From the NCBI GenBank assembly GCA_035221665.1, contig JAVHYY010000112.1, positions 682,001 through 725,994 on the forward strand: a DNA stretch of 43,994 nucleotides, in the 5' to 3' direction. Both the position numbers and the translations under genes were made by a program. The notes under the pieces are model-generated. The model saw only the letters and a list, made by a program, of their open reading frames with translations, was not told where the DNA came from and searched no databases. Of this stretch, positions 13,243 through 24,499 are shown one piece after another (position 1 is the stretch's first letter; each line of letters begins with the position of its first letter). The DNA is from Okamejei kenojei (lineage: Eukaryota).

Positions 13243-13530
13243 TTAGCATAGTTTAGATGTACAGCACCGAAGCGAGTACTCCGGTCTATCGAGTCCGCGC
13301 AGACCAGCGATCCACGCAGACCAACAATATTCGACACACATTAGCGACATAAAACAAATATGTACCATATCAATTAACCTACAGACCTGTCTGTCTTGGA
13401 GAGTTGGAGGAAACCGAATATCTCGGAGAAAACCCACCGTGGTCACGAGGCGAACCTACAAAGTCTGTAAAGACAAGCAACCGTAGTGGGGAGCGAGCCC
13501 TGCGCTATCTACCGCTGCGCCATCGTGCAG
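13243..13530 (-). mobile_element. tRNA-derived V-SINE (HE1-like), degenerate
   Basis: Minus strand has a tRNA-like head (cacgatggcgcagcggtagatatagc), a V-domain-like ggtttcctccaac and a ctaaa-type tail. A decayed counterpart sits at the same intron position in copy 2 (about 34510-34735). Confidence 0.7.
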
Positions 13531-13624
13531 CACTTAACCCTGCCGGGTTATTCCGTATGTTCTCTTAATCTTTACTCCTCTGCGCTTTTCAAACAGTCAA
13601 TGAGATGTACCGACAATTACCTAC

Positions 13625-13694
13625 CGGGTGCACCAATTGCTGCAAGAAGCGGGTAATACACAGATTCTGTATCCACGATCTCACTATAATACAT
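13625..13694 (-). CDS. GPR139/GPR142-like GPCR copy 1, exon 1 (MYYSEIVDTESVYYPLLAAIGAP)
   Basis: ATG at 13694, 70 nt, phase-1 donor G|GTAGGT. Splices in frame to exon 2 (G+TG = Val), giving 325 aa. A paralogous exon lies at 34841-34913. Confidence 0.88.
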
Positions 13695-14579
13695 TTTAAA
13701 GCGACGGTCTAGGCGATCACCCCTGGTGCTGCCATTCAGCGATTGTCAGCGAAACAAACCAACCTCTGGCACATTTATAAACTAAATAAAGAAGAAAACA
13801 AGCAATTAGAATCCATCCCTGTGGACATTACCAACATACTTTGGAACAAACATGTACTTGTTTTCAATGTAATATTCAGAAATCACGATCATGCGGGCGA
13901 CCGCTCCATACATTTCCAACAGCAGGCAGTGAAGCATGATTTAAAAAAAAACTAACGCACGCGCAGTAAAGTTGCTCGCTAATGTTCTGAGCAGCGATTA
14001 ATTTCCTTGAATCTTACATCCGATGATGGGACAAGGAAAGCTGTCATTTCTGTTTTGCACATGTGTAACTTGAGTTTCCAGGCGGCGACAGCCGCGCCAG
14101 AGCTTAACGCAATATCAGCACCTGAGCATACCAACTGGGTACCTAGAGGCAGTTTTCTTAGAAAAGTGACTAATGGGGCGAGAGAGCAACAAAAGAGAGA
14201 AGAACCGTAGAGTTTATCAAGCATTAATAAACACGACCATGTAAATTAATTTTCGTGGCAGCGTGGTTTGTAGGCTCCGTCCCAGGGTTAGCAGCCAGAA
14301 GTCAGCAAGAATGATAAGGACACGGAGGTTCATAAGGTCATAAGGGTTCGGAGTAAAATAAGGCTATTCTGCCCATTAAGTCTCACCCGCCATTCAATCA
14401 TGAATTATCTATCCCCCCGTCCCCCCTCCTACCCAATTCTCCGGCCTTCTGCACATAACCACTGCCACCTGTACTAATAAATCATGAATCTATCTCTACG
14501 TGAACATATCCACTGCATTAGCCCCCACAGCCTTCGTGGCAAAGTATTGCACAGATTGAACAAAGGGGATTATGAATGC

Positions 14580-16797
14580 ATCCGTTGGACAAATGGGACC
14601 ATGAAGGCATGAGAGAAGACCTGGCCAAGGTAAACTGGAAAGGGATCCTCGCAGGAATGACGGTGGAACAGCAATGGCTGGAATTTCTGGGCATATCCGG
14701 AAGACGCAGGATCATTTCATTCCAAAAAGATGGAACGATTCTAAGGGGAGTAGGAAGCAATCGTGGCTGACAAGATAAGTTAGGGATAGTATAAAAATAA
14801 AGATAAGATAATAACACTACAAATAGTAGCCGGAAGCCAGAGGATTGCGAAACTTCCATTGGACAACAGAAGGAAACAAAACGGACAATACGGGCCGAAA
14901 AGATAAAGAACGAGGGGAAGCTGGACAGGAATAGAAGGAAGGACAGTAAAAGCTTAGTTAGATATGTTATAGGAAAAAGTGTAGCAAAGTCAAATGTGGG
15001 TCCCTTGAAGGCAGACACGTGTGAAATTATTATGCGTAACAATGAAATTGAAGAAGAGTTGAACAGGTACTTTGGATTTGTCTTCAGTATAGACGACACA
15101 AACAATCTCCCAGATGTACTGGAGGGCAGAGGATCTCAGGGGGTAGAGGAACTGAAAGACATTTCCATTGGGCGATAAATAGTATTGGGTATGTTAATGG
15201 CACTAACGGATGATAAATCCCCTGGGCCTGATGGTCTGCATCCCTGGGTCCTCGGGGAGGTGGCTCTAGAAACAGTGATGGCATTGGTGATCATTTGCGA
15301 ACGTTCAATAGATTCAGGATCAGTTCCTGTGGATTGGAGGATAGCTAATGTTATCCCACTTTTCAAGAAAGGAGGAGAGAGAAAATGGGGATTTACAGAC
15401 TAGTTAGCAGGACTTCGGTGGTGGGAAAGGTGCTGGAGTCAAGTACTAAAGAGGTAATAATGGATCATTGGTATAGCAGTAAAATGATTAGTCCAAGTGA
15501 ACATGGACTTATGAAAGGGAAATCATGCGTGTCTATTTTTTGAGGATGTGACAGATACAATGGATGAAGGGGATCCTGTTGATGTAGTGTATTTGGACTT
15601 TCAGACAGCCTTTGATAAGGTCCCGCACGGCAGACTGGGGAGTAAATTTAGAGCACACGGTATTGGGGTTAGTGTGTTGATATGGATAGAAAATTGGTTG
15701 GCAGAGAGTAAGCAAAGAGTAGAAGTGAACGGGTCCTTTTTAGAATGGCACACAGTGGCGAGTGGAATGCGGAAGGCTCGGTGTTGGTGCCGAAACTGTT
15801 CACCATATATATTAATATTTTTGAAGAGGGAATTATGAGAAACACGGGCAAGGGTGCGGATGACACAAAGCTAGGTGGCAGTGTGAACTATGAAGAGAAT
15901 GTTAGGAGGTTGCAGGGTGACCTAGATAGGTTGAGTGAGTCGGCAGATGCGTGGCAGATGCAGTACAATATCGATAAATGTGAGGTTATCCACTTTGGCG
16001 GCAAAAGTAAGGGGGCAGATTATTTGTTCAATGGGGTTAGGTTAGGTTAGGTAAGGTTGAGGTGCAGCGAGACCTGGGTGTCCTTGTACACCAGTCACTG
16101 AAAGTCGGCGTGCAGGTACAGAGGGCAGTGACGAACGCTAACGGAATATTGGCCTTCATAACAAGAGGATTTCAGTATAGGAATAAAGAGGTTCTTCTGC
16201 AGATGTATATGTCTCTGGTGAGACCACATCTGGAGTATTGTGTACAATTTTGGTATCCTAATTTCAGGAAGGACATCCTAGTGATTAAGGGAGTGTAGCG
16301 TAGGTCCACGAGATAGATTCCTAGCATGGTTGGACTGGCATATGAGGATAGCTTGAACAGACCGGGCTTGTATTCACTGGAGATTAGAAGGACGGGGGGG
16401 TGGGGGGGGGGGGGCGCTTATAGAAACACATACAATTATAAAAGGACTGAAGAAGCTGGATGCAGGAAAAATTGTTCCCATTGTTGGGCGAGTGCCGAAC
16501 CAGGGGGCGCCGTTTTAGGAAAAAAGGGGAGGCCATTTAAAACTGAGGTGAGAGTTGTGAAATTGTGGATTCTCTGCAACAGAGGGCAGTGGAGGTCAAA
16601 TCACTCGAAGGATTTAAGAGAGAGTTAGATAGAGCTCTTGGGGTTAGTGGAATCAGGGGATAAGGGGATAAGGCAGACACGGGTTATTGATTGGGGACGA
16701 TCAGCCATGATCACAATGAATGGCGGTGCTGGCTCGAAGGGCGGAACGGCCTCCTTCTGCACCTATTTATATGTTTCTATATTTCTATGTTTCTATT
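14580..16797 (+). mobile_element. Older CR1 LINE, ORF2 heavily degraded
   Basis: KSPGPDGLHP, DWRIANVIPLFKKG, YLDFQTAFDKVPH, ADDTKLGG, RPHLEYCVQFW and a tttctat tail. Confidence 0.9.
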
Positions 16798-16896
16798 CGC
16801 CACCCTCTGACCAAATACATTTCTCATCGTCTCCATCCCAAAAGAATGTCCTTTAATTCTGAGGCAATTACCTCTATTCCGATACTTTCTCTTTTT

Positions 16897-17235
16897 TGAG
16901 AGAGAAGGGGAGAGAAGGGGAGAGAGAGAAGGGAGAGACAGGGGAAGAGAGAAGAGGGGGAGAGAGAGAAGGGGGAGACAACGAAGGGGAGTGAGAGACG
17001 GCGGAGATAGCGAAGGGAGGGAGAGAGAAGGGAGAGAGAGGGGAGAGGAGGGGAAGAGACAGGAGAAGGGAGAGAAGAGTGGAGAGTGAGAAGAGTGGAG
17101 AGAGAGGAGGAGAGAGAGAGACGAGGGGAGAGAGAGGAGGAGAGAGAAGAGGGGGGAGAGAGAAGGAGAGAGAGGGGAGAGAAAGAAGGGAGAGAGAGGG
17201 GAGAGAGAGAAGAAGGGGGAGAGAAGGGGAGACGG
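16897..17235. repeat. Polypurine GA-rich low-complexity tract
   Basis: Almost entirely G/A for about 340 bp. Confidence 0.95.
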
Positions 17236-18009
17236 GAGCGTGGGGTTTATTTTCCCATACAAGCCATTGGTGACTGGGCAATCTGAACCCAAGCACCAAG
17301 TTGAAAGCGACCGAAAATGTGCATCCCTCGGGACAGCCCCCACTCTCTCACGCGGTGTGGTCGCATCCGTGAAACCGATCGACATTGGACCTTTCGCTGG
17401 AGACTATTCATCCCGTTAGTTACCTAGTCAGTCATTTAGTTAGGCCAGTTTATAGTTACGTGTACCGAGGTACAGTGATAAGCTCATATTGCGTGCTATC
17501 CAGTCGGAAGAAATACATTACATGATTACAATCGAAACATTTACAGTGTATAGATGCATGATAAGGGAATAAAGTTTAGTGCACCAAAAGCCAGCACCGT
17601 CCGAGCAAGGATGGCCAGAGGGACACTAAAGAAGTACATAGTAGTTCAGCATTGCCTTCTGGTTGTTGTAGGACGATTAATTTGAACCGAAACATTACCC
17701 ATTCCTTCTCTGCAGAGATGCTGCATGCCATCCGGCATTTTGTGTCTATCTTCGGTGTAAACCAGCAGTTGCATTTCCTTCCTGCGCAGTAGAACGATAC
17801 TCAGGACGAGACCGTTGGAAGTGAGTAACCCACAACGGTAGAATGTAATGTTTGCTTTTGCAATGGTGCTGTCCAGTCGGCGGCTCTCATTCCTACCATG
17901 ACGCGTTGCATTGAGCAAGCGCAATATACTCACGTTATTTCATTTGAAAAACTACGGTCGCAGCAGAACAGCGCTGCGCACGTTCACACAGTCCGTACTA
18001 CACATAGTT

Positions 18010-18475
18010 TCGGCATTTCTTTTGTTTGTTTTTAAATCGCTGAATGGGCTCGCCCCGTCTTATCTCTCTGAGCTGCTCCACCTATATGCTCCTGCCCGGT
18101 GCCTCAGGTCAGCTGATCAGCTGCTCCTTGAGGTACCAAGGTCTAAGCGGAGGCTCAGAGGGGATAGAGCCTTTTCTGTTGCTGCTCCGGCACTCTGGAA
18201 CACCTTGCCGCTGCACATCAGACAGGCCCCCTAACTGTCCATCTTCAAATCCTCCCTCAAGATTCATTTTTATTCCTTGGCTTTCGACACTGGCTGAGGC
18301 TTTGCTCCTGTTCTTAGTGCTTTTAATGTATTTTAACTTTTAGAGTGTGTTTTTATAGTCCTTCGTCTTACGGTTTTTAATGGTTTGTAATGCCTTGTCC
18401 ATGAGTTCTCATGTACAGCACTTTGTGGCAACTGTAGTTGTTTAAAGCGCTTTATAAATAAATAAAGTAAAGTAA
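18010..18475 (+). mobile_element. L2-clade LINE 3' end
   Basis: FKSLNGLAPSYLSELL...LRS....L.VP....GDRAFSVAAPALWN.LP, followed by a 3'UTR ending ataaataaataaagtaaagtaa. Confidence 0.85.
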
Positions 18476-18663
18476 TTTGTGGCTGTACCATCGAGATCAC
18501 ATTTGACCTTCTAGGTCTGAATGCGTTGTCAGACCTGTTCCCCTGAAGGGCTGGTTCCGGCGGGTGGCTGCTCGTATTTGGAACATTCATCGGGGACCAG
18601 GGGTGAAGCTCTATAATTCAGGCTCCGACTGTGGGTTTCCAGGCCTGAGGACTCGGAAATATC

Positions 18664-18716
18664 ATGCGGATCTTCATCGCACAAATCTTCGTTCTTCGTC
18701 ATTACATCGCTGCTCG
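18664..18716 (+). pseudogene. Probable leader exon of the V segment at 19029
   Basis: ATG..MRIFIAQIFVL hydrophobic stretch, then donor GTTAGT. 53 nt long, 1 nt off the expected phase 1. A tataat motif lies about 50 bp upstream. Confidence 0.55.
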
Positions 18717-18824
18717 GTTAGTATTTCCGTCCCCAAAATGTTGCATTTGGATCTCGCTGTTACGCAAATTACATTGGAGAAAGGGTGATTAGGTTGATTG
18801 AAGAAATTATGTTAACTGATATGG

Positions 18825-19000
18825 ACACAAATGACCTACTGGAGAAAAGGAATGTGTGACGTTTCGAAACTCATAAGAAGGTCTCGATCCGAAACGTCGC
18901 CCATTCCTTCTCTCCAGAGATGCTGCCTGTCCCGCTAAGTTACTCCAGTTGTTGTGTCTAACTTCAGTTTAAATCAGCATCTACAGTTCCTCTCTATACA
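18825..19000. mobile_element. Penelope-pLTR-like short repeat inserted in the V-a leader intron
   Basis: gaaggtctcgatccgaaacgtcgcccattccttctctccagagatgctgcc... This family recurs across the window. Flanked by atgttaactga at 18809 and 19000. Confidence 0.6.
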
Positions 19001-19028
19001 TGTTAACTGACATATGGTTTACTGTTAG

Positions 19029-19331
19029 ACTGGAGCATCCAGGACTCGGTGGCACAGTCGGTCTCTGAAATGACGTTCGAATAAAGATGACATCGCACTA
19101 GAATTGCTCCTTGAGAACGGCAGGGACAATCCTGAATGCTTATTGGTACAGATAGCGACGTGGGCAGCCGCATGTGATTGTGTTTCGGATTACGGCAAGG
19201 ATACCAAAGAGAAATGGTGATCTCACCGACCGATTCTCTTCTACGTACATTAAGGCAGCAAAGACCACCCAGTTAATGATCCGCGCGTCCGAGATTACCG
19301 ACGCCGCCACGTATCTTTCTGCAATGGACTC
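19029..19331 (+). pseudogene. TCR alpha/delta-type V segment pseudogene (V-a)
   Basis: After acceptor tgttag: DWSIQDSVAQS...NCSL...YWYR*RRGQP...DRFSS....TQLMIRASEITDAATYLSAMD. Contains stops and a frameshift; the second Cys has become Ser. Directly followed by an RSS. Confidence 0.8.
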
Positions 19332-19370
19332 CACGTTGCTGAAGAAACACGGCGGACCTGCAAAAAATCC
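19332..19370 (+). promoter_or_regulatory. 23-spacer RSS of V-a
   Basis: CACGTTG + 23 nt + AAAAAATCC (consensus CACAGTG / ACAAAAACC). Confidence 0.75.
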
Positions 19371-19724
19371 CACCGCAAGCAATTGTGCACGGTGCCCCAG
19401 ATGGCGTACTCACTACTAGTACGGAAATACGTAAACAATGAAATAACAACAAAGCAATTCGTTCTCCGGGATTCAAATTGTAAGTTTATCGTTACAATCT
19501 CTGACTGCGAACAATTTCTACTTCGAACTGCTGGCCGATCTAAGTTACCTTCATCAAATATTCTCCGTCCTAAACAGACGACAATCTTTTAACTGAAGCC
19601 CATCGGAAGACTGTCGTGAAAGGGAGGGGCGAAAGATTATCAAACTATGTTATTGTGCTTTCCAGCCATCGGATTAAACAAGGACACCCCAGCACGACGA
19701 TACACGACAGTCATGGGAAATAGC

Positions 19725-20245
19725 CGGTCCATATGGTGCCAGCACAATAACCTGGCCCTCAAAATCAGCAACACCAAGGAACTGATTGTGGACTTTGGAA
19801 GGCGAAGGATGGGGACCCACAGCCCTGTTTATATCAACGGTCGATGGTTGGAAGGGTCAAGAGCTTCAAATTCCTGGGCGCGCAAATCTCTGAAGATCTT
19901 TCCTGGTCCGAGAACACAGATGCAATTATTAAGAAAGCTCATCAGCGCCTCTGCTTCCTGAGTAGATTACAGAGAGTCGATCTGTCAACGAGGACTCTCT
20001 CTCACTCTACAGATGCACAGTACAGAGCTTGCTGACCGGTTGCGTCGTGGCTTGGTTCGTTAACTCGAGCGCCCTGGAGAGGAAAATACTACAAAAAGTA
20101 GTAAACACAGTCGAGTCCAGTCCATCATCGGCTCTGACCTCCGTTCCATCGAGGGGATCTTTCGCAGTCGCTGCCTCAAAAAGGCTGGCAGCATCATGAA
20201 GGACCCACACCACCCTGGCCATACACTCATATCCCTGCTACCTCC
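19725..20245 (+). mobile_element. Rex1/Babar LINE RT fragment
   Basis: WCQHNNLAL..SNTKELIVDF, VKSFKFLG..ISEDLSW, IIKKAHQRL.FL.RL. Confidence 0.85.
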
Positions 20246-22585
20246 AGGTCCGTTATATTAGATCCGCTCTGATCCTTCTAAATTCCATCGAATAGAAGCC
20301 CAGTCGACCCGTTCTTGCATGATACGTCAGTCCCGCCATCTCGGAAATTAACCTAGTGAACCTGCGCTGCACCCCCTCATTAGCAATAATGTCCTTCCTC
20401 AAATTAGGAGACCAGATTTGCGCTCAATATGCCTGGAGCGGTCTGAGAGACTTGGGATACAACGCAGTCAGTGTCTGCGGGCATCACTTAACGATTCTGC
20501 GCAAACGGGACTACTGTCGCCTGTGTTGTTTACTAATCGCTCCCGTTCGGGATCCTTCCTACATTAAATGCAGCTGATGATCTTGAGAAGCAATACGTTA
20601 TATTTTTCTATTTGATGGGGCGTCCATGAAAAGCTATTGTTTTAACATAACATTAATATTTCTACTGCATGCACTCATAAAATAAGAAGACCATAAGTGA
20701 TAGCAGTATTAGGCCATTCGGCCCATTAAATCTACTCCGCTATTCAATACAATACAATGAAATTATACTTTATTAGCGAAGTATGTTTTGCAACGTACGA
20801 GGAATTTAATTTGCCAAGTTAGTCATACCAATAATATATAAAGCAACAGAACACACGAAATACATTTTAACATCAACATCCATCACAGTGACTCCTTCAC
20901 ATTCCTCACTGCAATGAAGGTAAAACCAAACGTTAAATCTCTTTCTTTCTTTGTCCTGCAGCGGTCGGGGGCCTCAAACCTTCAGTTGGCGGGAAGATCT
21001 TACTCTCGCAGCTGGTGGTGGGTATTCCTCGTCAGGCCGATCAGCTGCTGCATCGGTGGGGAATCTCAGTTACCCCGCGCCGGCGATCTGACTTCGGGTC
21101 TAGGCTTGTCGAACGTCGTGCGACTTCCGGTGCTTCCCGACTCGGTCTCTCCAGAGACATCGAGCCCTTGATGTTAAAGTCTGCAGGCCGTGGTTGGAGC
21201 GTCGATCCAAGGCAATTCCTCTAAACTCCAGCGAGTACAGACCCGTGCCGTTAAGCGCTGATTATATGCTCACCCATTCCTCCCCTCCCTCTCCATGGCC
21301 TGCACAGCCTTCATCAGATGTGTTGCCCAAACCTTCTCACAATACCTCACTCGCATTTTACAGGCCATTTCTCGATTTGCAGCTCTACCCACGTTACATC
21401 GCACAACCGCTTTAATATTACGTGTCGGAAAGAACTGCAAATGCTGGTCGAAAAAATCTGCTGGAATAACTCGGCGGGCCAGGCAGCATCTCTGGGGAGA
21501 AGTAATAGGTGACGTTTCCGTTCGAGACCCTTCTTCGGACTCTAGATTCTTCTAATATGAATAATGTTTTACGGATCAGTTTCCCCAAAACGTCGGTAAT
21601 CGGAGTATTCTGGGACTTCGGCACGTCAGGCTGGTTCCGCATTTCTATTTGATCACGGCCGATTGCCCCAATTCAATCCTCCATCCCCCTTCATCCACAT
21701 ATCACTGGAACCCCCCGAGCCCCAGGAACAGATTATACAACCGTTTCAACATACTAAATGGTGCGCTCTTCAGTTTGTATCCATATTCGCACAAATTCAT
21801 CAGCTACATTGGCCTTGGCTATGAGAATAACACTATAAAATTATTGTTGGGAAACTGAGAAAAGTGCAGATGCTGGATTACAAAAAAAATGCACAGAATG
21901 CTGGAGTAACTGAACGGGTCAGGCAGAATATCTGGAGAACATGTATGTGGTTTCAGTTCGCGGCCGTTCTTCAGACTGATTGTGGTGAGGGAAGAGAGGA
22001 TACAGTCGAAAGAGAGGAGCGTTAGCTCAAAGCCTGGCCATATTTAAGGGGACACAGGAGAGTAGGGGAGTTGATAGGCAACTAGTTGGATAAAGCCCGG
22101 AGATGAAAAGACAAAAGCCCTGACACAAAAAGGAGTATACAGCCGGCAACTGTGAAGCACCTTCCAGCTTTCTTCCCCCCCCCCCCCCCCCCCAGTCCGA
22201 ACCCCACCAGCCGCACAATCAGTCTGTAGAATGGTCCTTACCCGAAAATTCATCCATCCATGAGATGCTACCTGGTTCGCTGTGTTTCGCCAGCACGATG
22301 GAGGGAGGAAAACGTACGTCTCTTTATGAGAGGCTGCTAGAAAAATCCTCGAACATACGCACCAGTTGATGAGGGAACAGTTGTAGACATTATATGTCCA
22401 GCAGGGCATGTTATAAAGTGCCTGCTCTGGAACGGTAGCACGAGACCTTATTATGTAAAAGTGTGTTTTGTCCGCATGTCAAAACGTTCCTTTTGTTCGG
22501 CGGTCAATCTAAAAGGTTAAGCATATTTCCCTTCCATCGTCTAACGGCCAACTAGTTTTCTCTTGACACGGGATCTATTTGACAG

Positions 22586-22893
22586 GACAGGGCGTTGGGG
22601 AATCGGTGACTCAGAGCCAGCCTTTACTGAGACCGAGAAATGTGACTTGCTGAAACTAACCAGTACCTACAATACTGCAGCATCCATCTATCATTTATAT
22701 ATGTATCGACAAATTGCCGAGGGAAATCTTGAGTTTATTGTGCTCATACGATCTTGGGACCAACGGAAACACTGGGAGACATATTAGAGAAACGGTTATC
22801 CACGGATCTCCAGAAAGCGACTTCAATTGTCAATTTAACTATTTGGGGTCTCCAGCTGACAGACTCTGCAGTGTATTACTGCGCCCTAAGTTC
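22586..22893 (+). pseudogene. TCR alpha/delta-type V segment pseudogene (V-b)
   Basis: Acceptor ttgacag, then ESVTQSQ...KLTSTYNT...LYMYRQ...VNLTIWGLQLTDSAVYYCALS. Frameshifted; the first Cys and the conserved Trp are lost. Confidence 0.9.
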
Positions 22894-22932
22894 CACAGTG
22901 ATTGGAAGCAGTCTCTGCGCAGTGCAATAACC
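22894..22932 (+). promoter_or_regulatory. 23-spacer RSS of V-b
   Basis: CACAGTG + attggaagcagtctctgcgcagt (23 nt) + GCAATAACC. Confidence 0.92.
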
Positions 22933-24019
22933 GCCTGTGGTGAGCCTTTCCTATCCTTTTCTGTGTTTCCCGGGGGTTCGAGAGCTCAGGTGTGGCAGCC
23001 ACGTGCAGAGCGCCAATAGGTTCGCAGACACACACAGACAGGAAACCTCGGATATACTTGTCAGCCACAGCATCCTGGTGAACTGGAGATACTAAGCAAA
23101 CTTCAAACGATCCGATTTATTTCAATTCCATGATCCAGACCAATAAAATGTAAAGTGAATGATTGCTAATTCAACTCCGACGCTGCGGAAACCTCTGGTC
23201 AGCGGCATAAAACAATAGCCCCTCCCGCTTCCTTCACTCTGTCTCCTGACAGTTAACCGAACAATTATCGATACTAGTATATAGCCTCCAATACAATTGG
23301 CTCTTATCTTGTTTAACCGTTTAGTGCGGCAGGAGAATGCGGTTAGGAGGGAGAGGTAGATCCAGGTTGAATGGCGGAGGAAACTTGATGGACCGAATGG
23401 CCTAATTCTGCTCCTATCTCTTATGACCTTTTAAAACTTTATTTTCTTGGGACCTATCTCTGCGCCTATTACACAGTGCATTCAAACTGCTGATATTCCA
23501 GAATTATTGTATATATGTATAGCATTCTGGGGCAGGGTTGTGCACATGTACATATTGATCAGATGCAATCTATATTGCTGCTGAAGCTAAGACATTATTG
23601 GCCCATTGAGGTTTTGAAGAAGGAGTGATTCCGTGAGTGGACTGACTTCCACAGGTGTTTCCGTTCAGTTAAACGGGGGGGATATCAATTGCAATGCAAC
23701 GTTGGACTCGACCGCAGATTGGGTCGGAGACAGAATATGCAGCAAAGAACGTCAGATGCTGGTTTAACCCGAAGGTAGACACACATTTCTGGAATAACTC
23801 AACGGGACAGTCAGCGTCTCTTGAGAGAAGGAATGGGTGTCGTTTCTGGTCGAGACCCTTCTAAAGGTCATTCCTTGGGTCGGAGCCAAATGGACTAAGT
23901 TGAAGCGAGAACAAAATGCCTTTCACTATATTCACAATGGAATTGGTCGAATTTCCTGTGCGAATGGGATCAAGGGGTATGTGGATGATGCAGGAAATGG
24001 GGTCTGAATTCGGATGATC

Positions 24020-24380
24020 GAAACATAGAAACAGGGAAACATAGAAAATAGGTGCAGGAGTAGGCCATTCGGCCCTTCCAGCCTGCACCACAATTCAATA
24101 TGATCACGGCTGATCAACCAACTCAGTATCCTGTACCTGCCTTCCCTCCCTTTAGCCACAAGGGCCACATCTAACTCCCTCTTAAATATAGTCAATTAAC
24201 TGGCCTCAACTATCTTCTGTGGCAGAGAATTCCAGAGACTCACCACTCTCAGTGTGAAATATGTTTTCCTCATCTTGGTCCTAAAGGAATTCTCCCTTAT
24301 CCTTAGACTGTGACCCCTTGTTCTGGACCTCCTCAGCATCGGGAAAAATCTTCCTGCATCTAGCCTATCCAACCCGTTAA
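24020..24380 (-). mobile_element. CR1 (HER1-like) 3' fragment
   Basis: Reverse complement matches 5500-5860, including the (tttctatg) tail. Confidence 0.9.
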
Positions 24381-24499
24381 GATAAACAATGATCTAGTAC
24401 ATTCAATGCTGATGCTGCGTAAATCATTTTTCTCCATATGAAATAGATGTGAGATCAATCAAGCTTTTACTGCCTTGTGCGAGATCGCATGTTACGATC

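Noticed and set aside
14007-14210. Similar short ORFs at 14007-14210 and 35112-35417 as a conserved microprotein
   Set aside because: Explained by DNA paralogy of the duplicated GPCR upstream region. Starts differ, many changes are non-conservative, and no domain is recognisable.
16777-17385. Ser/Pro/Leu-rich and Glu/Arg/Gly-rich ORFs
   Set aside because: Translations of the GA-rich low-complexity tract.
20884-20890. CACAGTG heptamer
   Set aside because: Lies inside a LINE 3' tail, with no nonamer at 12 or 23 nt and no V or J coding flank.
23563-23640. Possible leader exon for V-c (MQSILLL...)
   Set aside because: Short hydrophobic run, poor donor, no counterpart upstream of the paralog V-b, and about 3 kb from the V exon.
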